From the NCBI RefSeq assembly GCF_006345805.1, contig NC_043023.1, positions 13,392,001 through 13,456,000 on the forward strand: 64,000 nucleotides of DNA, written 5' to 3'. The position numbers and the translations under genes are program-made. Shown piece by piece: positions 24,368 through 42,220 of the stretch (position 1 is its first letter; every line of letters starts with the position of its first letter). The notes beneath the pieces were generated by a model. The model was not told the origin of the DNA. It did not search any database and worked only from the letters and a program-made list of their open reading frames with translations. Source of the DNA: Octopus sinensis. Its lineage: Eukaryota.

Positions 24368-24814
24368 ATGTAGTAACATTTGCTCTGCACAGAACAGTCA
24401 TGTAAAAATGGTATCAAACATTACCCTACTCTAGTTTTTTCTCTGGAATATTTTTGTGATTCTGTCCATTAGTTTACCTGTGATGATCAAATATGGTAGT
24501 TGAGAGAGAGAGAGAGAGGCATATTATTGTTTATCATCATCATCATCATCATCATCATCATTTACCATCCGCTTTCCATGCTAACATGGGTTGGACAATT
24601 TAACTGTGGGCTGGTGAACCAGATGACTGCACCAGGCTCCAATTTTGATCTGGCAGAGTTTCTACAGCTGGATGCCTTTCCTAACGCCAACCACTCCAAG
24701 AGTGTAGTGGGTGCTTTTACAAGCCACCAGCATGAGGGCCAGTCTGCAGGTACTGGCAACGGCCACGCTCGAAATGGTGTTTTTTATGTGCTCCATTTGA
24801 GCATAGCTGTTGCC

Positions 24815-24858
<44 letters not shown>

Positions 24859-25691
24859 TATAATAATAATAATGATATCATCATCATCATTTAACATCCG
24901 CTTTCCATGCTAGCATGGGTTGGACAATTTGACTGAGGACTGGCGAACCAGATGGCTGCACCAGACTCCAATCTGATCTGGCAGAGTTTCTACAGCTGGA
25001 TGCCCTTCCAAACGCCAACCACTCTGAGAGAGTTGTGGGTGCTTTTATGTGCCACTGGCACGAGTGCCAGTCTGGCGGTACTGGCAACAGCCACGCTCAA
25101 ATGGTGTTTTTTATGTGCTCCATTTGAGCGTAGCTGCTGCCAATAATAATAATAATAATGATATTATCATCATCATTTACCGTCAGCTTTCCATGCTAGC
25201 ATGGGTTTGACAATTTGATTGAGGACTGGCGAACCAGATGGCTGCACCAGGCTCCAATTTTGATCTGGCAGTGTTTCTACAGCTGGATGCCCTTCCTAAC
25301 ACCAACCACTCTGAGAGAGTTGTGGGTGCTTTTAGGTGCCACTGGCACGAGGCCCAGTCTGGTATTACTGGCAATGGCCACGTTCAAAATGGTGTATTTC
25401 TTCCATGCCACCTGCACAGGAGTCAGTCAAGCAGCACTGGCAACAACCCCGCTCGAATGTTGTTTTTCACATGCCACCGGCACAAGTGCCAGTAAGGCGA
25501 CGCTGGTAACGATAAAGCTGAAATGGTGCTTTTTACACCACCGGCACGGAAGCCAGAGAGATGCTCTGTTCTGAAATATTTTAGTGATTCTGTCTGATAG
25601 TTTACCTATGATGGACAAGTCTGGTAGTTGAGAGAGCAATCTCTAGGAACAAATAAACTCATATATCGAGACATTATTGTATATATGTGAA

Positions 25692-26022
25692 GGCGCGTGG
25701 CTCAGTGGTTAGAGCGTCGAGCTTACAATCGTGAGGTTGTGAGCTCGAATCCCGGACTGGGCTGCGTGTTGCGTTCTTGAGCAAGACGCTTTATTTCACG
25801 TTGCTCCAGTTCTCTCAGCTGTAGAAATGAGTTGATACGTCACAGGTGCCAAGCTGTATCGGCCCCTTTGCCTTTCCCTTGGATAACACCGGTGGCGTGG
25901 AGAGGAGAGGCCGGTATGCATGGGTGACTACTGGTCTTCCATAAACAACTTTGCCCAGACTTGTGCTTCAGAGGGTAACTCTCTAGGTGCAAGCCCATGG
26001 TCAGTGTCTGACAGAAGGGGGT
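25692..26022 (+). mobile_element. tRNA-derived SINE with CORE-like segment (family D)
   Basis: ggcgcgtggctcagtggttagagc...ctcgaatccc head, followed by ttcttgagcaagac...ctcagctgtagaaatgag. Confidence 0.7.
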
Positions 26023-26689
26023 CACACACACATTGTATATACTCTTTACTCTTTTTTACTCTTTTACTTGTTTCAGTCATTTGACTGTGGCCATGCTGGA
26101 GCACCGCCTTTAATCGAGCAACTCGACCCCGGGACTTATTCTTTGTAAGCCCAGTACTTATTCTATCGGTCTCTTTTGCCGACGGGGACATAAACACACC
26201 AGCATCGGTTGTCAAGTAATGCTAAGGGGACAAACACAAGCATACACGCACACACACATATACATATATACGACGGGTTTCTTTCAGTTTCTGCCTACCA
26301 AATCCACTCACAAGGCTTTTGTCGGCCCAAGGCTATAGTAGAAGACACTTGCCCAAGGTGCCACGCAGTGGGACTTGACCCGGAACCAGGTGGTTCGTAA
26401 ACAAGCTACTTACCACACAGCCACTCCTGCGCCTATGTATAAATTTTTCTTATTCTAAATGATCTTGACATTCCTTTTACCTTACTTAATATATATTCTT
26501 TACATTCTGCTGTTGTTTTATTGCCATTTCATCATCATCATCATCATTTAGCGTCCGTTTTCCATGCTAGCATGGGTTGGACGGTCAACTGGGGTCTGTG
26601 AAGCCAGAAGGCTGCATCAGGCCCAGTCTGATCTGGCAGTGTTTCTACGGCTGGATGCCCTTCCTGACGCCAACCACTGTCAGTGTAGT

Positions 26690-27250
26690 GGGTGCTTTTT
26701 ACGTGCCACCCGCACAGGTGCCAGACAGAGCTGGCAAACGGCCACGAACGGATGGTGCTTTTACATGCCACCGGCACGGGGTCCAGGTGAGGCTGGCAAC
26801 AGACACGAACGGATGGTGCTTTTACGTGCCACCAGCATGGGGGCCAGGCGAGGCTGGCTACGGACACGAGCGGATGGTGCTTTTACGTGCCACCGGCATG
26901 GGGGCCAGGCGAGGCTGGCAACAGACACGAACGGATGGTGCTTTTACGTGCCACCGGCATGGGGGCCAGGCGAGGCTGGCTACGGACACGAGCGGATGGT
27001 GCTTTTACGTGCCACCGGCACAGGGGCCAGGCGAGGCTGGCAACAGACACGAACGGATGGTGCTTTTACGTGCCACCGGCATGGGGGCCAGGCGAGGCTG
27101 GCTACGGACACGAGCGGATGGTGCTTTTACGTGCCACCGGCACAGGGGCCAGGCAAGGCTGGCTACGGACACGAGCGGATGGTGCTTTTACGTGCCACCG
27201 GCACGGGTGGCACGTAAAAGCACCATCCGCTCGTGTCCGTAGCCAGCCTT
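26690..27250. repeat. 61-bp minisatellite (~8 copies) in an RTE-tail element, ending in an inverted unit
   Basis: Period measured 26881 to 26942; orientation flips at about 27205. Confidence 0.92.
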
Positions 27251-27584
27251 ATTGATAAACTATTTTCCTGGGCATGAATTACGATTTATAACATTACTAC
27301 TATGGGGAAATTATTGCTCTCCTTTACAAGTTTTCGTTTTACAAGCAGTCTCCAGGAACAAAGGTCCTAGGTTCCGATTCTTTGTTTTTCCTGGAAAAAA
27401 AGTGGATGTTGCATTGCTTCAGATTTAGAAGCAGTCCCTGGGAAGAAATTAACTCATATATCGGAATCATAACTGTATTTTGCTTCTAGAAATAAATCTA
27501 TCATAAATTGGTAGTGTTTATTGACTTTAGAGCTGTCTGTGTGTATATAAACATATATATGCATGTATATATATATATATATTT

Positions 27585-27840
27585 CTTTTCCTCAACAGGC
27601 CCTGCCCTATTTAACAATGTCCCAAGGGAGATCAAAGAGGAAAAGGATCCCATCAACTTTAAACAGAGTCTGGATAGATTCCTTCAAAGAATACCAGATA
27701 AGCCACCCATAATTGGATACAACTCACCCAACAAGAACTCACTACTTGAACAAAACTTGACTTAAACAAAACTTGACTTAAACAGGATTCGAATAATCCT
27801 ATCAGGTGGTGCTATTAAGTTAGACATGGCCTGGACCAAT
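27585..27840 (+). mobile_element. CR1-group LINE extreme 3' fragment (second family)
   Basis: GPALFNNVPREIK...FKQSLDRFLQRIPDKP..GY..NSL fits the LFN.LP..FK..LD.FL..IPD.P C-terminal motif. Confidence 0.65.
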
Positions 27841-28104
27841 CTTTGGTCGAAACATATCTAAGTTATCTAAGTTATACACACAAACACATACAAGAATGGG
27901 GGGGAAAAAATGACAGAATTTTCACAGCTGGCACAGTTTTGATCATAGGTCAATCAAACTTGAGTCATTGCTTAATGACCACCACAACTGTTAATAACCC
28001 AGATAGAATACATGAAAGAAATCTTCACTGATTCCATCAATGGGAAGAATTTACTTGTCATTGTTCTCTGGTCAGCCTGATCAAATTGGTAAAGGATCAA
28101 AGAA

Positions 28105-28340
28105 GGCGGCAAGCTGGTAGAAACGTTAGCACGCCGGGCGAAATGCTTTGCGGTATTTCGTCTGCCGTTACGTTGTGAGTTCAAATTACGCCGAAGTCGA
28201 CTTTGCCTTTCATCCTTTCAGGGTTGATAAATTAAGCACCAGTTACGCACTGGGGTCGATGTAATCGACTTAATACCTATGTCTGTCCTTGTTTGTCCCC
28301 TCTATGTTTAGTCCCTTGTGGGTAATAAAGAAATAGGTAT
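28105..28340 (+). mobile_element. tRNA-derived SINE (family B, central gcctttcatcctttcggggtcgataaa domain)
   Basis: Full copy. Others at 1-540(-), 8780-8992(-), 22835-23545(+, four tandem partial units), 35570-35740(-) and 48290-48631(-). Confidence 0.8.
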
Positions 28341-28425
28341 AGGATCAAAGCCATCTCAACTGTGACCATCCAGTCTTATGTATTAGAGAGTTTTTTGTCT
28401 TACAAGTTACTTTGCAACCACACTG

Positions 28426-29780
28426 TAACAAACACCTGTGCTGGTGCCACGTATAAAGCACCATTTTCGTGCCACGTATATAGCACCCATCTTGGTGTCA
28501 CATGTAAAGCACCCATTTTGGTGCCACGTATAAAGCACCCATGTTGATGCCACATATAAAGCACCATTTTCGTGCCACGTATATAGCACCCATCTTGGTG
28601 CCACATCTAAAGCACCCATTTTGGTGTCACATGTAAAGCACCCATTTTGGTGCCACGTATAAAGCACCCATGTTGATGCCACATATAAAGCACCATTTTC
28701 GTGCCACGTATATAGCACCCATCTTGGTGCCACATCTAAAGCACCCATTTTGGTGTCACATGTAAAGCACCCATTTTGGTGCCACGTATAAAGCACCCAT
28801 GTTGATGCCACATATAAAGCACCATTTTCGTGCCACGTATATAGCACCCATCTTGGTGTCACATGTAAAGCACCCATTTTGGTGTCACATGTAAAGCACC
28901 CATTTTGGTGCCACGTATAAAGCACCCATGTTGATGCCACATATAAAGCACCATTTTCGTGCCACGTATATAGCACCCATCTTGGTGTCACATCTAAAGC
29001 ACCCATTTTGGTGCCACGTATAAAGCACCCATTTTGGTGCCACGTATAAAGCACCCATGTTGATGCCACATATAAAGCACCATTTTCGTGCCACGTATAT
29101 AGCACCCATCTTGGTGCCACATCTAAAGCACCCATTTTGGTGTCACATGTAAAGCACCCATTTTGGTGCCACGTATAAAGCACCCATGTTGATGCCACAT
29201 ATAAAGCACCATTTTCGTGCCACGTATATAGCACCCATCTTGGTGCCACATCTAAAGCACCCATTTTGGTGTCACATGTAAAGCACCCATTTTGGTGTCA
29301 CATGTAAAGCACCCATTTTGGTGCCACGTATAAAGCACCCATTTTGGTGTCACATGTAAAGCACCCATTTTGGTGTCACATCTAAAGCACCCATTTTGGT
29401 GTCACATGTAAAGCACCCATTTTGGTGCCACGTATAAAGCACCCATTTTGGTGCCACATCTAAAGCACCCATGTTGGTTCCACATTTAAAGCATCCGAGC
29501 TGGTGCCACATCTAAAGCACCCATGCTGGTGCCACATTTAAAGCATCCGAGCTGGTGTCACGTCTAAAAGCACCCATGTTGGTGCCATGCATAAAGCACC
29601 CATTTTGGTGTCATGTATAACGCATTCATGTTGATGCCATGTATAAAGTACCTCTGCTGATGTCCCACCTAAAGCACCCATGCTGGTTCCACGTCTAAAG
29701 TACCAGTGTTGGTGCCACATCTAAAGCACCCGTGCTGGTTCCACACCTAAAGCATCCGAGCCGGTGCCATATCTAAAGCA
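28426..29780. repeat. 25-26-bp satellite (~50 monomers) with 103/129-bp higher-order repeats
   Basis: Monomer taaagcacccattttggtgccacgta. The 5-mer HOR of 129 bp explains the 43-aa repeat in ORF 28407-29264. Confidence 0.95.
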
Positions 29781-30084
29781 CCTGTGCGGCTTGCCAGTTC
29801 TGGTCAAACTGTCCAACCCATGCCAGCATGGAAAACGAATGTTGAAAGATGACGGCGATGACAATGACACATGTGAGCATGTGTTGGTTGTAAACCTTGG
29901 TTGTAAACCTTGGTTGTAAACCTTCATAATCAAATAGGTGTGTAGGATATCATTGGACTTCAAAAATCCATCCATACTGTATCATCAAAGTGAAACTCAA
30001 TATACCTACCATTATAGATAATACCAAATGTACATTTTGGGATTTTTCATAATGTGATGGAAGTCTTTGGTATAGCAATTGCAT

Positions 30085-30176
30085 GCGGCTGAAGAGAACT
30101 TTAAACCATCTGTTATGTCGATTACACGTTGATGTAAGAATAGGTTGTTGTATAAAGCTTGAAACACGTGTACCGC
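30085..30176 (+). ncRNA. Minimal type-I hammerhead ribozyme-like motif (family H1) in a ~270-bp dispersed element (about 29960-30218)
   Basis: Stem I GCGG/CCGC, core CTGAAGA, stem II GAACTTTA/TAAAGCTT with a long loop, GAAA, palindromic stem III ACACGTGT, cleavage triplet GTA. Confidence 0.75.
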
Positions 30177-31692
30177 GACATCCTTTGTGTTCTGTTTTTT
30201 ATTTCATTTGATGCATATCGTCATCATCGTTTAGCGTTCGCTTTCCATGCTAGCATGGGTTGGACGGTTCAACTGGGGTCTGGGAAGCCTGAAGGCTCCA
30301 CCAGGCCCAGTCTGATCAGGCAATGTTTCTACGGCTGGATGCTCTTCCTAACGCCAACCACTCCATGAGTGTAGGAGGTGCTTTTTACGTGCCACCGACA
30401 CAGAGGCCAGGCAAGGCTGGCAACGGCCACGATTGGATGGTGCTTTTTACGTGCCACCGGCACTGGGGCCAGGCGAGGCTGGCCATGGCCACAATCAGCT
30501 GGTGCTTTTTACATGCCACTAGCACGAGGCCAGTCAGGGCGGCGCTGGCAACGGCCACGTTCGAATGGTTCTCTTATGTACCACCAGCACTGGTATCACA
30601 GCTGCAATTTCCATTGATGTTGATCGATTTCGATTCTCACTTGCCTCAACAGGTCTTCACAAGTAGAGTCTTGTGTCCCCAGAAGGAAAAGTATGCATAA
30701 GTGGACTGGCTACATCCCATGTAGGGGCCACGGGTTATGGTCTCAATTGTCCTGCTGGGTCTTCTAACACACAGCATACTTCCAAAGGTCTCGGTCTCTA
30801 GTCATTGTATCTATATATATATATATATCATCATCATCGTTTAACGTCCGTTCTCCATGCTAGCATGGGTTGGATGGTTCGACCGGGGATCTGGGAAGCC
30901 AGAAGGCTGCACCGGGCTCCGGTCTTATCTGGCAATGTTTCTACAGCTGGATGCCCTTCCTAACGCCAACCACTCCGTTAGTGTAGTGGGTGCTTTTTAC
31001 GTGCCACCTGCACTGGTGCCAGGCGAGGCTGGCATCGGCCACGGTCGGATTGGTACATATATATATATATGTATATATACAGAAAGAGAGTGTAGATGTC
31101 TAGATTGGTGTTGTTTATGTTTGGGTAATGTTTCAGTATATGAGCTCTGTCAAGCAAATGCCACATTCTCACTGATGACATGATAGACTTTTACCAAAAG
31201 ATCCCCTGTGTTTCATATGGTTAATCCCTTTAAATCCACAAGAGAGGCTCAACAAATTAGACAAGAATAAGAATCTGCTGTCCAGAGAAGTGGTGATGGA
31301 GGGTCGGTCGATATGACACCCGCACACGTTTATATAAGCTCTACGGATATTTACAAATTTTCCAGTGTCATCAATGACTTGATCCATTTTCGTCGGATGA
31401 TGGTATTTGATAGCCGGTACCCATGGACGGGCTTTACATAAGGTAAAATCCAAGGTTACAATCTTGATGTGTCGTGGGATAGTCATTACGCCACGCATGG
31501 GTTCGAATCCACTCCTTTACTGTTAGTCAATCGGTTAATCATCTATTGAACTAACTTAATCGATCGTTTGATAAATGTGTTGGCTAAACAAACGAGCGAT
31601 TAGTTTGTTAGGTATTTAACCAACTGAAGTGGAAATGAACCTGTGCGTGTGTCGTTTTTATAGGCGTAACGATTCCCCTAGATATAACAAAA

Positions 31693-32531
31693 GGATCATT
31701 TCGGTTTGTACGGCAGTTTTTTCTAGCGTTGCCATATGAAATTGTCACCCATAATTATGACCCTAGTATCGATCTATTGCATTTCAATCTGTTTTAGGGT
31801 TAGGGGTAGGGAAAGGGTATTTTTTTTCATCATCATCATCATCATCGTTTAACGTCCATTTTCCATGCTAGCATGGGTTGGACAGTTCAACTGGGGTCTG
31901 GGAAGCTAGAAGGCTGCGCCAGGCCCAGTCTGATCTGGCAGTGTTTCTACAGCTGGATGCCCTTCCTAACGCCAACCACTCCGAGAGTGTAGTGGGTGCT
32001 TTTTATGTGCCACCTGCACAGATGCCAGACGAGGCTGGCAAACGGCCACGATCAGATGGTGCTCTTTATGTGCCACCAGCACGGGGCCAGGCGAGGCTGG
32101 CAACGGCCACAATCGGATGGTGCTTTTTATGTGCCACCGACACAGAGGCCAGTCGGGGCAGCGCTGGCAACGGCCACGTTCGGATGGTTCTCTTACGTGC
32201 CACCGGCACTGGTATCTCAGCTACAATTTCCATTGATGTTGAAAGATTTCGATTTTTCACAAATGTAAATAAACCCAATCTGTTTCTTAAACGAGGGACA
32301 TATTCATACAGCACAGAATGTTTTTTTTACCTCAATAGACGTCAGTGATTGGTTCAAATTGCAGAAATTGAAGAAAAAAACCAACAAATATCTTACAAAC
32401 TATAGAATTTTCTCAATAAAGCCAAGAGAAAAAGATGTTTTATAAACACATTCTACCAGTATACGAAGTTTAAAAGTGTTTAGTTACGTGGAAATTATTT
32501 TAAAAAACTGCCGTTCAAACCGAAAAGATCC
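31693..32531. mobile_element. hAT-like MITE (same family) with an RTE-type short element nested at about 31829-32250
   Basis: TIRs ggatcatttcggtttgtacggcag / ctgccgttcaaaccgaaaagatcc; 8-bp flanks TAACAAAA / CAACAAAA. Confidence 0.7.
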
Positions 32532-32635
32532 CAACAAAATTTGTGTCAACACACAAATTCACATCAAGAATCTTGCAAACCAAAATACAAAAACGAAATA
32601 AGTTTTATCCAAGGTTAAAACCCAAACGCAATTTG

Positions 32636-32856
32636 CACGAGGGGGTGCCGAAAAATCCCTGATTTTAAGGGTGTCGCGAAAGGCTTGGTTGGAGGTCCGA
32701 TCTTCCGAGTTCTTTTTTGCGGGGCTTAGAAAAACTGAAGGACCGCTGCAATAAGCGTGTGAATCTGAGAGGGGAATATATTTAATAAAATCTTAATTAA
32801 TTGATTCTCCTGTTTTCTTTTACCAAAAGCCAAGAACTTTTCCCTACCCCCTCGTA
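32636..32856. mobile_element. Tc1/mariner-type MITE
   Basis: Imperfect TIRs cacgagggggtgccgaaaaat / aacttttccctaccccctcgta. Confidence 0.5.
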
Positions 32857-32857
32857 T

Positions 32858-32922
<65 letters not shown>

Positions 32923-32973
32923 GGTGCCCCAGCATGGCCACAGCTCATTAGCTGAAACTGGAAAAATCAAAAT

Positions 32974-33028
<55 letters not shown>

Positions 33029-33440
33029 TCTTTTACTCTTTTACTTGTTTCAGTCATTTGACTGTGGCCATGCTGGAGCACTGCCTTTAGTCGAGCAAAT
33101 CGACCCCGGGACTTATTCTTTGTAAGCCTACTACTTGTTCTATCGGTCTCTATTGCCGAACCGCTAAGTGACGGGGACATAAACACACCAGCATCGGTTG
33201 TCAAGCAATGCTAGGGGGACAAACACAGACACACAAACATACACACACATACATATATATATACATATATCCGACAGGCTTCTTTCAGTTTCCGTCTACC
33301 AAATACACTCACAAGGCATTGGTCGGCCCGAGGCTATAGCAGAAGACACTTGCCCAAGATGCCACACAGTGGGACTGAACCCGGAATCATGTGGTTGGTA
33401 AGCAAGCTACTTACCACACAGCCACTCCTGCGCCTATATA

Positions 33441-33982
33441 TCTCTCTATATATAAACGGCAGTTTGTCTGTCTGCGTGTCTGTTAGGTTGTACCCTCACC
33501 CTGACCACGGCTTTCAACCGATTCTGATGAAACTTGACACACACATAGCCCAATGTCATAATTCAAAACTAACGCAGCGAAAATTTTGAAAAGTTCCCCC
33601 AGTTTTGAAAAAAATCGATAACTTCGACATGGGGTCGAGAATCTAAGCTTTTTATATGCAACACATTTTCTGTTGTAGTTTTCGCAACTTGCAATCGATT
33701 TTCACCAAACTGATGGTGAAGCTTAATGTTACCCTAAGGAACTTAATTCTGACGTTAGTTTTCCATGCAATACCTTACCATCAGAAAAAAAATCGATAAA
33801 ATCATGCCATTTTGGGAAATCGCGTTTTCGCCCAAAGGGACAGCTCGGAACATCGTATACACAGAAGACATTGCAACCTACACATGCGCTTTCGTTCCCT
33901 AGAGGGAAAGGACTAGATTGGGATTAGTCGTTGCCTACTAGGAGCTCTTACATACCCGGGCAACGCCGGACTATGCTGCTAG
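33441..33982 (+). mobile_element. Non-autonomous Helitron-like element
   Basis: Starts tctctctatatataaacggcagtttgtc and ends cccgggcaacgccggactatgctgCTAG|T; same family as 9268-9948. Confidence 0.75.
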
Positions 33983-34012
33983 TATATATATAGTATATAT
34001 TTTCTCTGTGTA

Positions 34013-34050
34013 TCTTTCTGTTGAAGAGCGTAGGCTCGAAACGTTAAAGA
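34013..34050 (+). ncRNA. Minimal hammerhead-like motif (family H2, A6U variant) in a short TA-flanked element (about 34000-34150)
   Basis: TCTTT-CTGTTGA-A-GAGC(GTAG)GCTC-GAAA-CGT-T-AAAGA. Confidence 0.5.
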
Positions 34051-34169
34051 CTTGTTTTATTTATATTTCCTGAGCGCCATACTAATACAATTGTTTGTTT
34101 GTTTCCCACCTGCCTTCGTCTTTTGTCTATTTTCATAAAGCTTCCCGTTATATATATATATATATATAT

Positions 34170-40070
<5,901 letters not shown>

Positions 40071-40296
40071 AAAGCGTGTATATACACATATATACACTCG
40101 TATGTGTGATGTGTGTAGATGATGTAGTAAGCATTGGGGACGATCGGTGATGAAATATGTCTAAAATCTGTGTGTTTGTGGAGAAATGATGTTGTGGAAA
40201 TAAAAGAGGAAGTCGGGAAATGTCTGACGTGGACGAAAATGAAAGAGAATCGAGAGAAATGGTTTTGAATAGGAAAGAAAATGGGTCGAAACTTAC

Positions 40297-40333
40297 TCAG
40301 AAGGGTGTCGAGTGTTTCTACCTCACTCGCCAT
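40297..40333 (-). CDS. GGA: GGA adaptor, coding exon 1 (MASEVETLDTLL + 1 nt, phase 1)
   Basis: ATG at 40333 in caatATGG context. After 37 nt there is a donor A|GTAAGT. The split codon A+AC gives N and joins in frame to exon 2 (NKATNP), matching the GGA N-terminus (ETLE..INRATNP-like). It lies 29 kb from exon 2, so support is homology plus phase. Confidence 0.8.
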
Positions 40334-40344
40334 ATTGGATTAAC

Positions 40345-42220
40345 AGGAGGGAGAGAGAGACAGGCAGAGAGAATGTGTGAGAGAGAGAGGGAGAGACGAA
40401 GAGACAGAGAGAGACGGAGGGAGATGCAGAGAGAGAGACAGGCAGAGAGAATGTGTGAGAGAGAGAGAGGGAGAGACGAAGAGACAGAGAGAGACGGAGG
40501 GAGAGAAACAGACAGAGAGAGAAACAGACAGAGAGAATGTGTGAGAGAGAGAGGGAGAGACGAAGAGACAGAGAGAGACGGAGGGGGATGCAGAGAGAGA
40601 GAGAAATAGACAGAGAGAATGTGTGAGAGAGAGAGGGAGAGACGAAGAGACAGAGAGAGACGGAGGGACAGAAACAGACAGAGAGAGAAACAGACAGAGA
40701 GAATGTGTGAGAGAGAGAGGGAGAGACGGAGAGACAGAGGGAGACGGAGGGAGAGAAACAGACAGAGAGAGAAACAGACAGAGAGAATGTGTGAGAGAGA
40801 GAGAGGGAGAGACGAAGACAGAGAGAGATGGAGGGAGAGAAACAGACAGAGAGAGAAATAGACAGAGAGAATGTGTGAGAGAGAGAGGGAGAGACGAAGA
40901 GACGGAGAGAGACGGAGGGAGAGAAACAGACAGAGAGAGAGGGAAGGGGGAGTGTGTGTGTATGAGTGAGTGAGTGAGTGAGTGAGTGAGTGAGAGAGAG
41001 AGAGAGAATGTGTGACAGAAAGAGGGAGAGACGAAGAGACAGAGAGAGACGGAGGGAGAGAAACAGACAGAGAGAATGTGTGAGAGAGAGAGGGAGAGAC
41101 GAAGAGACAGAGAGAGACGGAGGGAGAGAAACAGACAGAGAGAGAAACAGACAGAGAGAGAGGGAAGGAGGGAGTGTGTGTGTATGAGTGAGTGAAGTGA
41201 GTGAGTGAGAGAGAGAGAGAGAATGTGTGACAGAGAGAGGGAGAGACGAAGAGACAGAGAGAGACGGAGGGAGATGCAGAGAGAGAAACAGACAGAGAGA
41301 GAGGGAAGGAGGGAGTGTGTGTGTATGTGTGAGAGAAAGAGACAGAGAGAGAGAGAGACGGAGGGAGAGAAACAGGGAGAGAGGGAGAAAGAAACAGAGA
41401 GAGGGACGGAACGAGAAAGAGTGTGTGAGTGAGTTAGTGAGAGAGAGAGAGGACGGTGTATGTGTGAGAGAAAGAGACAGAGAGAGAGACGGAGGGAGAG
41501 AAACAGGGAGAGAGGGAGAAAGAAACAGAGAGAGGGACGGAACGAGAAAGAGTGTGTGAGTGAGTTAGTGAGTGAGAGAGAGAGGACGGTGTATGTGTGA
41601 GAGAAAGAGACAGAGAGAGAGACGGAGGGAGAGAAACAGGGAGAGAGGGAGAAAGAAACAGAGAGAGGGAGCGGAACGAGAAAGAGGTGTGAGTGAGTAG
41701 TGAGAGAGAGAGAGGACGGTGTATGTGTTGAGAGAAAGAGACAGAGAGAGAGACGGAGGGAGAGAAACAGGGAGGAGAGGGAGAAAGAAACAGAGAGAGG
41801 ACGGAACGAGAAAGAGTGTGTGAGTGAGTTAGTGAGAAGAGAGAGAGGCGTGTATGTGTGAGAGAAAGAAACAGAGAGAGAGACGGAGGGAGAAACAGGG
41901 AGAGAGGGAGAAAGAAACAGAGAGAGGGACGGAACGAGAAAGAGTGTGTGAGTGAGTTAGTGAGAGAGAGAGGACGGTGTATGTGTGAGAGAAAGAGACA
42001 GAGACAGAGAGGGAGGGAGAGATTGTGTGAGTGAGTGAGTGAGAGAGAGAGAGGACGGTGTATGTGTGAGAGAAAGAGGGAGAGGAAGGGAGAGAGAGTG
42101 AGTAAGTGAAAGAGAGAGAGGACTGTGTATGTGTGAGAGAGAGAAAGAGACAGAGACAGAGAAAGACAGAGAAAAAAGAGAGAGAGGGAAGGAGAGAAAG
42201 AGAGAGAGTGAGTGAGAGAC
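40345..42220. repeat. GA-rich compound minisatellite directly upstream of the GGA start codon
   Basis: Recurrent gagagaatgtgtgagagagagagggagagacgaagagacagagagagacggaggga units. Confidence 0.93.

Noticed and set aside
25692-25765. tRNA-Val(TAC) gene
   Set aside because: The acceptor stem does not close and the sequence continues into a SINE body; it is a SINE head.
28426-29780. CRISPR array
   Set aside because: The palindromic ~26-bp repeats are contiguous, with no unique spacers and no cas genes, in a eukaryotic context. It is a satellite.
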